64,000 nucleotides of DNA from Octopus bimaculoides (GCF_001194135.2 NC_068996.1:22196768-22260767), one strand, 5' to 3'. Counted from the stretch's first letter, positions 52,847-64,000 are shown. Made by a program: numbers and translations. The notes: a model not told the origin generated them from the letters alone.

Positions 52847-53438
52847 TGAGATTGCTCACTTAACATTAATCTGCATTATTTGATTATCATTTTTATTATA
52901 TCTACTATTATATCTAATTCTTTGATGTCATATTTTGTACAAAAATTTAAATTGTAAATGAAATTCATTTCAAATGTTTAAATCACAAAAATATTCTGAA
53001 ATATTTTAACTGTTTACAGATTACAGAATTAGAGAAAGCTGAGTTTCTTTGCTAAAACATTAAATCTGTAAGTACTGTTATGCGTCACAGGAATCCAAGC
53101 CAATTACCAGGTTCCACGATGTATATATGTGACCACAACATTCATCCTGAGTGGGATGCCAGTCTGTCACAAGGTTACTCATTTACAGCCAAGTGGACTA
53201 AATCAATGTGAATTGAAATATTTTATTCAAGAATACAACACACTACCCAATCCAAGAATTGAAACCATCTTACGGTTATGAATTGAACATTCGCTATTAA
53301 ATCTGCAAAATATGATTAATTCTTTCTATAGTTATCTTCAACTCAAACTGAGTCTCCCTGGAGCCTTGTCCCCTTCATATTTAATCGAATAGTTTATGTA
53401 AATTATAACTATTTTTTATATATGTTCTGAGAGAGAGG

Positions 53439-53473
<35 letters not shown>

Positions 53474-55150
53474 CATACATGCATACACATGTGCATTTGT
53501 GTGTGTACGTTTGTGTGGGAAAGTGTGTGAGACATTGAAATAATAAATAGATTTTAACTTGATTTGACTATTCAGTGATTTCAGTTTATGGACACACTAA
53601 TTTTACCAATTTGAAATTTAAAAATGAAAAACCTCAAGAAACGAAACTGGTGTGGGGAGGAAAGAGGAACAAATTCTGTACCATTTTTGTATCAGAAATA
53701 AGAGTCAAGCACTTTAAGAATATTTTTTTGACTAAGATACAGAGATATTTTGCACAATTTTAAAACACGACCACCTTACTGTTTAGCATAGAAACACCAG
53801 TATGTTTTTGTCTCCCTAAAGTTAAAATAGGGACCACATGAACCAGAAAGAAAGATTCTTTGTATTATGTACTTTGCTATCTCAATGTAGCAGCCAAAAT
53901 CTTTTTTTTTTCCAATAAACTTCCTACTGTCTTTAACTCCTATTAAATAGTTGATCTGATTTATCGCTTCAAAAATACATGTGTACACACACACTTTTTC
54001 TTTTCAAGTGGGATTCAGAAATTCTTCATGGGAATTTAACATAGTAGCAGCCTTATTCTTAAGGTATATGGAGGCATAAAAGACATTTTTAACTTTAAAA
54101 ATCCTTCCTCTAAAAAATAACCAAACAAAAAAAGCAGGCTGTGAACCTTAAATCCTGTCATGTACCCCTATCTTTGTAACTACCAATGTTTTATACACCA
54201 ACATTTACTTGTATGCCAAGAATTCTCAATCTTTTTCATTCCTTACTCTCTGTCAACATTTTGAAAGTAAATTTATCCCAAATACACTGTTTTATACAGT
54301 TGTTTGTCTTCACACTTCTGCCAAAATAAAACAATCAGCCAAGTAGAAATTTAAAATAGTGTTTTTAAACATTGTTATTTTAAGTTCAAATAACAACAAT
54401 TGCACATATGATAGCACATAATATTATTTCAGAAGAGCATGGTAGTTTGCTTGAAGCATTGTGAAACAGAAGTAAAATAAATCATTTTTATTCTGTTCAC
54501 TTCTGATGATGGGCCTTTGTGACTGAAATACATGAAATTTACTTAACTTTCTCTTTTTACATTGTAAGAAGCTCTACATCTTTGTTATTTTAGCTAATGT
54601 TATTTCACATATTTATGAACTAATGGTGAATGGATACCAGAACCAAACACAGTCTTCTGAATCAAACAATTCCATTAACAACACAGTAATTAATAAGTTC
54701 TCAATACACATCATTAAACCCAAATAAGTAGAAAGAAAAAATAATGGAATTGTTTCACAAAATAACCCTAGTTCCAATTCTTTTCTTCTCAACATCAGAC
54801 TTTTAAAAATTATAATTGTAGATAAACTAGAATTAATAAAAGTACCCACTGCAAAGGTGAAAATCATCCTCAGGGGGGTAAATTTACCCCAGTTTGCAAA
54901 CTCCTGTATACTATAGATTGTAAAAATTAATATCTCCTTTAGTACAGAAGCAATAGCTTCATCTCTCTACAGAAATTGTGCTGAATTTTTTCCTTCTCAT
55001 TACTTTCTGAGTTCAAATGCTGCCTTTCATCCTTTTGGGTTAATAAAATAAGTACAAGTCAAGTACTGGGGTTGATGTAATTGACGCATTAACTGCGTCC
55101 TTATATTTTCAAACAAGGGAGATAGTGTCCCCACTCAGCTCAAAGCAATA

Positions 55151-55196
55151 TCAGTGTACCAATGGTTTCTGGATTATTTCCTTTCATCAGCACAAA
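55151..55196 (-). ncRNA. Minimal type I hammerhead ribozyme motif, sense to the SIPA1L pre-mRNA
   Basis: tttgtg-CTGATGA-aaGGAaataaTCCa-GAAA-CCattGG-TA^-cactga: intact core, one mismatch in stem I; predicted cut between 55157 and 55156. Confidence 0.65.
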
Positions 55197-55472
55197 ATAA
55201 TCGCTTGGCTTGAGATGGTGACACTAGTTCGTGTTTGAAGTATATACTGTTCAAAGTGACACACAGTCATTGATCTCATCAATAGAGAAATTATTAGTTC
55301 TAAATCTCTGAACAAGAAATATGCAGCAACGGTATGATAGGGTAAAGATTATTTGCCAAAATAAAGTGGCAGTCCTGATTAAGACCAATGTTGCTGTTAT
55401 TTAGCCCCAGGGAAACATTGTCTCCAGCTGGCTACTGAGAACTAGTGTCACCATCTCTAGCCAAGCGATTAT

Positions 55473-55518
55473 TCTGTGCTGATGAAGGAAAATAATCCAG
55501 AAACCATTGGTACACAGA
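55473..55518 (+). ncRNA. Minimal type I hammerhead ribozyme motif
   Basis: tctgtg-CTGATGA-aGGAaaataaTCCa-GAAA-CCattGG-TA^-cacaga: 6-bp stem I, intact core, GUA cleavage triplet; A.A mismatch at the base of stem II. Confidence 0.75.
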
Positions 55519-55744
55519 TATTGCTTACAGCTGAGTGGGGACATTATCTCCCTTGTTTGAAAATATAAGGATGCAGTTAGTGCGTCAATGGCCAGCTGGA
55601 GACAATGTTTTCCTGGGGCTAGATAACAGCAACATTGGTCCTAATCAGGACTGCCACTTTATGTTAGCAAATAAGCCTCACTCTATTGCACTGCTGCTGC
55701 AGGTTTCTCGTTCAGAGATTTAGAACTAATAATTTTTATATATA

Positions 55745-56178
55745 TATATATAAGGTTTGCCAGGTTTTTGTCTCTCTCACCAAGGTCATCAGCTGTCGAA
55801 CGCCGACAAAGGGAAATAACCCTGAAATCCGGATACGTTCGTGCTGCTGGTCGAGGTGAGAGGGATAACTCCCTTGGCAAACAGGACACAGTCGTGTGTC
55901 GATAAGCCAGCTGGAGGAGATGTCCTCCTGGGGCTAAAAGCAACAGTAACACCCACCCCTAGGGGTCAGCCACACTTAAGTGGCAATATACTACACTTTA
56001 TCGTGCAGTTACTGNNNNNNNNNNAGGGATAACTCCCTTGGCAAACAGGACACAGTCGTGTGTCGATAAGCCAGCTGGAGGAGATGTCCTCCTGGGGCTA
56101 AAAGCAACAGTAACACCCACCCCTAGGGGTCAGCCACACTTAAGTGGCAATATACTACACTTTATCGTGCAGTTACTG
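55745..56178 (+). mobile_element. Diverged second subfamily of the hammerhead repeat, starting next to (TA)n; the part after the 10-N gap is an assembly duplicate
   Basis: gataactcccttg...gccagctggag...tcctggggctaaa..aacagtaaca is collinear with 55535-55640. Confidence 0.7.
55797..55841 (+). ncRNA. Type I hammerhead motif with perfect stems but mutated core (probably inactive)
   Basis: cgaacg-CCGACAA-AGGGaaataaCCCT-GAAA-TccggA-TA^-cgttcg; core differs from CUGANGA at 2 positions. Confidence 0.7.
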
Positions 56179-56207
56179 TTAATACTTCATTTAGAGAATT
56201 AACATTG

Positions 56208-56244
<37 letters not shown>

Positions 56245-57595
56245 ACACACACACACACCCATACACAAACACATGTGATAGGCTTAACACTGTTCTGTCT
56301 ACAAACTTACTTTAATCCTTTAGCATTTAAACCAGCCATATCTGGCCAAAACATTATACTTGCTTTATGTTCAAACTGACCAGATCTGACATCTCATGCT
56401 CACCCTAGAATGTCATTTCGAACATAAGCAATCACATCACTGAAATCTCAAGGTTACAACATAATGCAGGATAAATTCAATACAATGTGAATAAATAAGC
56501 ATTACATTTGACAGAGTGATCCGAATGCAAAAGAGTTAAAAATGTTAATCCAGTACACCATTTACTTTGTATCAATTCGTGGATTTATGTTTGCTCTTGA
56601 ATTAAAATTCAAACATTCATTCATATGTTTACAAACTAACAAAGGAAACTAGATGGTGGTTGGTCCCTTGACCTACTCTAAGAATAGCAAGCAAATTTCT
56701 CAAATCACACTCCTACTATAACCCTTTTGTTTCCATAATTTGTTTTTAAATACCTGCCTTCATTTCAATTAATTTTGAAAATAACAAAGAATTTAGTAAA
56801 ATAACTCATGAAGTTAGTGTTTGGAATATATATAAACATGAAATTTTCTTGAAAAGGTTTAATTGAGATCACTCTAAAACCTAAAAGTTTTATGGTAGAA
56901 CTAAGTACGGATTCAGGCAGGTTGGTATCAAAAGCATTCAGATTTTTGTCAAACAATGCTTATCTATTTGCATTGTGTTGAATTTATCATTGCATCATCT
57001 CACAGCTTTGTGATTTCTTATGATGTGATAGTTTATTTTTAGAAAGACATGGTAGGATAGGGCCAGACTTGCCTGGAACATTAAACATGTAGACTACTTG
57101 GAATGGATATCGTCAGTTTAAATGCTGAAGAATTAAAAAGGTAAAAAGTAATGTAGTTCATGATGAAAAATTACTTAAAATGGCAGGTCGTCATGGGCTG
57201 AAATACCTTGTTCTGCTGGACAAGGGCTAAACTAGGACTAAACTAGTTTTTTACTAAGTTAAAAGGGTGTAAAAAAGTTTTTTGCTTTTTAAATATGCAA
57301 ATGAGGTTTGCTTTGGGGTTGTTTTCTCTTGAAAAGTTTTTTTTTTTGTCCAAAGTCCTTTTTTTTTTTACACCCAATGAATAAATAAATAAATTAATAA
57401 ACTAGAAAATACAGATGTTCTTTCATTGACCAGTAAAATTCTTTGAACAGAAACTTTCTTTGTTTGCTATGAAATGACTGGAGAATAATTGTCTTATTAC
57501 TTGCTATGGGAAGTCAAACATGAACCACACTGATTATTTGAACAGAAAAAAAAAAAATATATANNNNNNNNNNNNNNNNNNNNNNNNNNNNNNNN

Positions 57596-57634
<39 letters not shown>

Positions 57635-58968
57635 AAAGATATATATATAAAAAGAAATACAAAGCAAAAAAAAAAAAAAAGAAATAGATTCAGAAATGTT
57701 GTATCTCCATTCCTGGCTACAACAACAACTAGAACCACTGGCAGCAGTTTCTTCAGTCTATCATTCCTCCACAGGAATTTTAAACCTGAACTAGAAACAA
57801 AAATTTCAAGACTTATCACAAAAGTTTGAGAGAAAGGTGGAAGACAAGGAAGGGGAGAAGAGCGAGGGATAACAGAGATGGTAGTACAGAAAGCGAGAGG
57901 AATAGGAGCAGAATGAAAGTGAGTGATAGATAAATAGAGAGGTAGATAAAGGGAGGGAGAGAGTAAGAGTAGATAAAAGGAGAGAAGCAAAAGGAGAGGT
58001 AGAGGAAGATAAAGCAGGAATTATGAGGGGGGGGGATAAGTAGAATGAAAGAGAAAACAGGTTAAATAGAATGAAAGGATAGAGTGATAGTATGTGTGGG
58101 ACAACAGAAGGCTATATAGTATGAATTGGGGAGAGAGTAGACAGAATGAGATAGAGAGAGCGTGAGAGAAAAAAACAGGAAAATCTAGAAGAGATGAATA
58201 CAACAAATTGAAAAAGAATAAAGTGAGAGAGACAGAGGATGAAAAAGGAAAGAAAAGCTAATGAAGAAGAACACCAAGAGCAAAAACAAAATATATAAAA
58301 TCCCTCAATGTATAAATCTGTTGGCATTAATCCTAGGATTAATCTACAATAATTCATGAGTTAAATAGTGAAGATAACAGAGATTATTGACCACATAACT
58401 TAAGTTTAGATCTTATCACAGCTGTTCTGGACAAGACATCTAACTCAACTTGTTCTAGTTTGCCTGACTGACAAATGAGCCAATGGTGAAGCATTTATAA
58501 GGTCAGCAACCTGCTAAAAATAACAGCCAAATTTCTCTCAAATCACACCTTATCTCTAAAAAAAAACAAAAAAACAATTTGGGAGCCAATCAGTCATACA
58601 CACACACACACACACACACACGTATGTTTAATATCTACTTTTCTGTGATATGCATTGGAGGGGGTACTTATTTCAAGAAGAATTTTTTATGGCCAGATGC
58701 CCTACCTGTCACAAAATAAGGTTGGTTTTTGTTGTATTTAAATTCATAGGCTTTTAATGACAAGGAATGTAAATAGCATGTTACTATTTTGCTCAAGCGG
58801 TGACAAGCAAAGCGGTGACAAGCAAAGCTGTGAGATATTCACACACACACTGTACAGGTCTGGAGCTAGAGTAGAAGATATTTGCCCAAGGGTCTGCACA
58901 AAGAGACTAAACCCCAAACCAAATGGCTACAAAGCGAACTTGTTAACCACTTAACTCTGTGTGTGTGT

Positions 58969-59006
<38 letters not shown>

Positions 59007-59316
59007 GACAGACAGACAGGCCATCTTGACAGTAAGTTGTTTTGCATCCATTTTCCAATGCTAGCATCAGTTGGATATACTGCTTCTCTCCTAGAAAGTC
59101 TAAAGGACCATAACTCTCTTCTAAGTTTACTATGCTTGGATGCTCTCCCTAACACCAACCACTTTTTAAAGTGAAATGGTTGCAACATTTTTCCTGGTAC
59201 CAGCTCCAGAGAGGAAAGAGGCAAGGGAGTGATGGATTGCAAGAGGTAAATAAACAGTAAGAATAAATGGTGAGTATCAATATCAAACAGCCAGAGAAGA
59301 TAGAGTGTATAGAGTA

Positions 59317-60000
59317 CAAGGGGATACTCAAAATAAACCAGAATTTTGCAATATTATTTTATTCACTTAGTTTTACATTTTTATTGCCTCCAAAGTATTC
59401 TCCATTTTAGGCAATACATCAGTCCAGATGTGTTTTCCAATGTTAGAAGCAGTGCTGGAACTCTTGTGAAGTGATGCCTTTTAAAGCCTCCGTTGTTTTT
59501 TTCTTAACCTCTTCCACATCTGCAAATTCTGTAGCACCAGCTTTCATCACCAGTGATGACCTTCAAAAACAAGGTTCTGGATCAACTTCCAATTGTTCCT
59601 TCAGTCCACGACACACATTCAATCATGACTGTTTTTGAGAAAAATTTTGTTGCAACTCTTTTCATTCACAATTCCTTGCTCAAAATTTGTTGGAAGAGCT
59701 TCAGGACACACTAGTCGCATCAACAAGTTCGCTAACTGTTCAGTGGCAGTACTCGAGGATCAGTTCATGAATTTTCATGATGTTTTCATTTGTTCAGAAG
59801 GTTGATGGTTGCCCTGAATGAGGTTAGTCATCAAGCGACCGTTGCTCAAGCATGAAAACCATTCGTAAACTGGTTTTGCTCATGGCAGTAGCCTTGTAAG
59901 TTGTTTGAAGTATGACAACTGTTTCAGCCACCATTTTCCCTAACAGAAAACAGAATTTCAGGAAGCACTTTGTTCCTTCGTTTCAGCCATCATAAAAATC
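59317..60000 (-). mobile_element. Internally deleted mariner/Tc1-superfamily transposon relic
   Basis: ATG at 59990 (MAETKEQ..), VITGDESWCY fused directly to FADVEEVKKKTTEALKGITSQEFQHCF..NGEYF; candidate TIR tacaaggggatactcaaaataaaccagaa at 59315. Confidence 0.8.
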
Positions 60001-60289
60001 GATGAACAGGAGAGAAGCACTGCAAAACAAAGATGTATCACATGGCAGTATGACTTCACTGAATGTCACTAGTTGGCAGACTGATATCTGAGGGTCATTT
60101 CAAGTAGGTTCTAGCAGTGGAGGCCTGAACTATAATGGGCTTGTCCCACAGAAAACTTTTGATGGTACATGTGCATAAATACATAAACAAATGTTCATAT
60201 GTACCTACATAAACATACACATACATAAGCCTGCATACACACGTTACACGCACACACACACATACATATGCTTACAATTTCAAGCCAAG

Positions 60290-60710
60290 TGAAATCATAG
60301 CCAATGCCAGTGTCACGTAACTGGCACCCATGCCAGTGGCACATAAAAAGCACCTTTCAAGCATTGGGCCTCACAGAGGTAATATGACCAATGCCAGTGT
60401 CATGCAACTAGCACGTAAAAAGCACCTTTTGAGCGCTGGGTTTCATGGAGGCAATGACAAACGACCGAGACCTTTGGCAATATGCCATGTTTGAGTAGAA
60501 GACTCATCAAGCCAAGTGAAATTGTAGTTGTGGAATGTAAAAGCACCCATTACACTCTTGGAGTGGTTAGTGTTAGGAAGGGCATCCAGCCATAGAAACC
60601 ATGCCAAATCAGGCTGGAGTCTGGTGCAATCCCTCAGTTTACCAGCCTTGATCAGACCACCCAACCCATGCCAGCATGGACTACAGATGTTAAATGATGA
60701 TGATGATGAT
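60290..60710 (+). mobile_element. Repeat with RTE-type 3' tail ending in (GAT)n; similar tails near 5400(-), 7550, 14190, 18290, 28985, 29460, 30060, 37225(-), 43020, 49210, 59050(-)
   Basis: gtggttagtgttaggaagggcatccagccatagaaaccatgcc...caacccatgccagcatgg...gttaaatgatgatgatgatgat. Confidence 0.8.
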
Positions 60711-60719
60711 TGATATATA

Positions 60720-60960
60720 TATATACTAGCGTTCTACATCAGATTCGCGTTTGGCCGTACGGCTTTTTTATGTTGTTTTCACTGTCCAATTTTTCCTGTC
60801 TTGGTTTACGTTTGCCACCTTGGAATCCTCTGTTTAGTTGGTTGATCCACTACTCAGGAAGAGACTATTCTAGAGTACGTCCTGCCTTATCTTCGAAACG
60901 TCGAGTTAGAATAGAGGCAGCTGATGAATAATTCCAAGTGGCTTTCTGTTTTCCTATGTG
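60720..60960 (+). mobile_element. Penelope-type short repeat next to (TA)n with hammerhead-like remnants
   Basis: actc-AGGAAGA-g...ttc-GAAAC-GTC-gagt (60852-60906), followed by a second CTGATGA at 60921-60927. Confidence 0.45.
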
Positions 60961-61090
60961 TTCGTTCCGTTGTCTGTAGTTCATTGTTCTAAGGTCCTGT
61001 ACCCTGATATGCATCTATACACACATGTAGATGAAAGTATATACATATATGTGTGTATACATGCATATATATTTTTTGTATTATATATAT

Positions 61091-61525
61091 NNNNNNNNNN
61101 NNNNNNNNNNNNNNNNNNNNNNNNNNNNNNNNNNNNNNNNNNNNNNNNNNNNNNNNNNNNNNNNNNNNNNNNNNNNNNNNNNNNNNNNNNNNNNNNNNNN
61201 NNNNNNNNNNNNNNNNNNNNNNNNNNNNNNNNNNNNNNNNNNNNNNNNNNNNNNNNNNNNNNNNNNNNNNNNNNNNNNNNNNNNNNNNNNNNNNNNNNNN
61301 NNNNNNNNNNNNNNNNNNNNNNNNNNNNNNNNNNNNNNNNNNNNNNNNNNNNNNNNNNNNNNNNNNNNNNNNNNNNNNNNNNNNNNNNNNNNNNNNNNNN
61401 NNNNNNNNNNNNNNNNNNNNNNNNNNNNNNNNNNNNNNNNNNNNNNNNNNNNNNNNNNNNNNNNNNNNNNNNNNNNNNNNNNNNNNNNNNNNNNNNNNNN
61501 NNNNNNNNNNNNNNNNNNNNNNNNN
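61091..61525. other. Assembly gap (N run); other gaps at 481-517, 17390-17568, 56015-56024, 57564-57595
   Basis: Runs of n, mostly adjacent to (TA)n or homopolymers. Confidence 0.99.
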
Positions 61526-61618
61526 GTATTATAATTTTAAATAATTATTACCTTTGATGGTTTTTATTCCCATGCTGACCACTTGATAAGATCAATATTT
61601 TAAATACCGATCTTATCC

Positions 61619-61657
<39 letters not shown>

Positions 61658-61661
<4 letters not shown>

Positions 61662-62865
61662 CAGCCCATAAATAATGTTTTTTATACTACTTTTATTTTT
61701 CAAAATTCGGCTAAAGTTCTTTTTTAATCTAAAATATACTCTCCATTTTCTACAATGCTCTTTCATCTATCTGGTAGACTTGCAAGAGCCCTTCTCCAAA
61801 ATTCACTTGTCTGTAAGAAAAAAATACTCCTCCAGTACTATTCTGACTTCATCTACAGAATTCATATTTTTTCTGTCAAATGATTTTGAAGACTGTGGAA
61901 TAAATGGTAAACAGATGGGGCAATATCTGGTGAATATGGTGGGTGGGGCATCGTTTCCCATTGAAACTACTCCAGCCTTTGGAATGTCATCCTCACTGTA
62001 TGTGGCTGAGCATTATCCTGGTGGAAGAACACCTTTCATCTTGAAACCAAAGATGGTCACTTTTTTTCTAATGCTGACTTAAGCCACTCGAGCTGCTTGC
62101 AGTAGATTTCCTTTGTTATTTGGTTTGGGTATAAGTTCAAAGTGGACTAAACCTTTCATATCCCACCAAACAGATAACAACACTTTACATGGGTGAAAAC
62201 CTTCTTTAGCCTGGGTGCTGGTGTTTCTCCTTTCCCTACTCACTGTCTTCGGTGCTTGACATTTTTATAGAGAACCCATTTTTCGTTACCAGTCACTATT
62301 CGGTCCAAAAAAAGGTTCATTCGTGAGATATGACAGCAAAGAAGAGCACACATTCATTCTCTGTGTGCGATTAGACTCAGAAAGTTTGTGAGGAACCTAT
62401 TGAGCCAATTTGCTGGCTTTTCTGATGGCACACAGGTGTCGATAATGACCAAATGCAAGCTTCTCTGCTAGTTCTTCAATAGTTACGATGGGATTTTGTT
62501 CCACCAGGGTTTGCAAGATGTCCTCGCCAAGCTAGCTCTACAGATCTTCCAGGACGAGGCTTGTCTTCTTGGCTGTAGTTTCCGGCTCAGAATTTCTGGA
62601 ACCACTGTTGACACTGGCTTATGCTTATTGTCCAATCTTCATATACTACATTAATATTGCTCGCACTTCCCATTGCATTGCTGCCTTTATTGAACTCATA
62701 AAGCAAAATATGCCGAATATGCTCCTTTGTCACTTCCATAAGAATAAGACAAGGTAAAATTACTACCTGCTTTTATAGCAAGTTGATGCAGGTAGTTTAT
62801 CCTGTCCCCCTCTGACTTTTAGTTCATGCAATTGAAAAAACCGCATCATTTATGGGATAACCCAC
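61658..62865 (-). mobile_element. Near full-length mariner transposon (~1.2 kb) with degenerate TIRs and TA flanks
   Basis: Ends ta-aggtcagcccataaataatg and (reverse complement) ta-gtgggttatcccataaatgatg; transposase relic inside. Confidence 0.88.
61724..62739 (-). pseudogene. Mariner transposase pseudogene (DD34D type)
   Basis: MEVTKEHIRHILLYEF...; *VPHKL (WVPHEL); IVTGNEKW; HQDNAQPH; PYSPDIAPSVYHLF with 34 residues between the 2nd and 3rd catalytic positions; stops, frameshifts, and 1st and 3rd Asp mutated. Confidence 0.9.
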
Positions 62866-63604
62866 TATACACACACACACACTTATATATTATAAAGACA
62901 AGAAAGTCACAGATAGCTGGAAACATATTTGATCTTAGATCTTTCCACAGACTGGTAGCCAGACTTGGGACTAAATAGCAACAATTAACAAAACAGCTCC
63001 ACACATACTTGACAGTTAAACAATTTATGACAGAACAGACATCCATGTCATACAAAAATGATGCACATAGTAATGGTATGTACATCATAAAGTCATGCAT
63101 GCATACACACACACACACACACACACAACAGTAGTAAACATTGCATAGACACTAGATTCAGCTTATGTACATACATAATCTAACAGTTAATAGATATGTC
63201 ATTCAATCAAAGAGAATCCTTGGATCTCATTCAAACTTCCAATTTTATTGGTTTTTCTTCTTGTAAGCATAGATTATCTGAAGTGTCAAGAATTATTAAC
63301 AGCAATAAAACACAAAACTATCACCATTAACAACAAAACATCCCCAGAGAATTTTGAATTTATTTATTTACAAAGAGTGTTTCAGATGAGACCTCAATTC
63401 CCATCACAACATAACACATTTATTTTGTTTTAATGAATAGTTCGATTATTAACTAATTAGCTTGCTTATGGGGTTGTGAATTGGCAGAGGGATCAAATTA
63501 CCATACCAATGGAATCCTAAGTTTCATCTCAACTAGTTTCAATTTAGTGTCTTGTCTCTTTGAATTCAATAAAATAAAATGCCAGTGATCTTTTATCTTT
63601 AATT

Positions 63605-63995
63605 TTTATCTTTTACTTATTTCAATCATTGGACTGCAGCCATGCTAGGTCACTGAATTGAATGGCTTTAGTTGAACAAATCAACCCTTTTTAAAAATCT
63701 TTTTGCTTTTTTTAAAGTATGTACTTATTCTGTCTCTTTTGCCAGACCATTAAACCATGTGGAAATAAGCAAACAAACACTGGTTGTCAAGTGAAGGGAG
63801 GAAGTGACAAGCACAAAGACATATATACACACATATACAACAGGCTTCTTTCAGTTTCCATCTACCAAATCCACTCACAAGGCTTTGGTTGGCCCAAGGC
63901 TATAGTAGAAGACACTTGCCCAAGGTGTCACGCAGTGGGACTGAACCCAGAACCATGTGGTTGGTAAGCAAGCTACTTACCACACAGCCACTCCC
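63605..63995 (-). mobile_element. SINE family 3 (tRNA head, CORE-like centre), near full-length; partial copies near 8300, 11880, 14630, 31690, 37480, 46500, 47010, 47800, 48690, 58830
   Basis: gtggctgtgtggtaag..ggttctgggttcagtcccactgcgtgacaccttgggcaagtgtcttctactatagcc; caccttgggcaagt resembles the CORE-SINE core. Confidence 0.8.
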
Positions 63996-64000
63996 GCGTT

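Larger units (their letters stand above)
55080..55735. mobile_element. Two head-to-head, circularly permuted copies of a ~350-bp hammerhead-containing repeat (retrozyme/Penelope-terminus-like)
   Basis: 55080-55230 is the reverse complement of 55439-55589; 55288-55432 is the reverse complement of 55591-55735. Confidence 0.8.

Noticed and set aside
54498-54540. CTGATGA..GAAA hammerhead-like spacing
   Set aside because: Stem II is mismatched, there is no valid NUH triplet and no stem I partner.
54613-54906. 84-aa hydrophobic minus-strand ORF as a possible upstream SIPA1L exon
   Set aside because: No similarity to the expected upstream segment (GA.YY..FF), no suitable splice sites, and it abuts a hAT-like terminus (caggagtttgcaaactgggg).
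55865-56178. Exact ~150-bp direct repeat on both sides of the 10-N gap
   Set aside because: Identical sequence flanking a tiny gap is the signature of an unmerged contig overlap. It cannot be used as evidence of a tandem array without long reads.
61675-62082. 135-aa plus-strand ORF; likewise the 153-aa ORF 11241..11702
   Set aside because: They are antisense shadows of the mariner transposase and the RTE fragment respectively.
51203-64000. Upstream SIPA1L coding exon or promoter
   Set aside because: No exon with the expected sequence or phase-1 donor was found in 12.8 kb; the 5' part of the gene is outside the window or in a gap.
1-64000. CRISPR arrays, rRNA, prokaryotic operons
   Set aside because: No regularly spaced repeat-spacer array or rRNA-like sequence was seen, and the DNA is a spliceosomal-intron gene.

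Overview
Eukaryotic, AT-rich, microsatellite-dense genomic DNA. The repeat landscape (tRNA-derived SINEs, RTE tails ending in (GAT)n, TTAA MITEs) looks cephalopod/octopus-like; that is my inference. Most of the window is one minus-strand gene of the SIPA1/SIPA1L (SPA-1/SPAR) RapGAP family. I assembled 22 coding exons by hand from GT-AG sites, 51202 down to the stop at 4431. All junction phases are consistent and total 3512 nt (about 1170 codons), covering the RapGAP domain with an intact KRHIGND motif, a PDZ domain, a Ser-rich region and the C-terminal coiled coil. The 5' exons were not found and lie beyond 64000 or in an N-gap. Introns hold decayed RTE, Tx1/L1 and Penelope retroelements, two mariner relics, a CpG-rich solo LTR, SINEs and MITEs. 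Four observations stand out. (1) A cluster of type I hammerhead-ribozyme motifs at 55080-56178 sits in a ~350-bp circularly permuted, head-to-head repeat, with covarying stems between two subfamilies (retrozyme/Penelope-like). (2) A young inverted SINE pair brackets four exons totalling exactly 510 nt, phase 1 to phase 1, giving a candidate circRNA with a stop-free frame. (3) Three conserved residues are one A-to-I edit away from the vertebrate consensus. (4) A solo LTR carries a perfect CRE and ETS sites. All coordinates and alignments were done by eye, and repeat boundaries are approximate.
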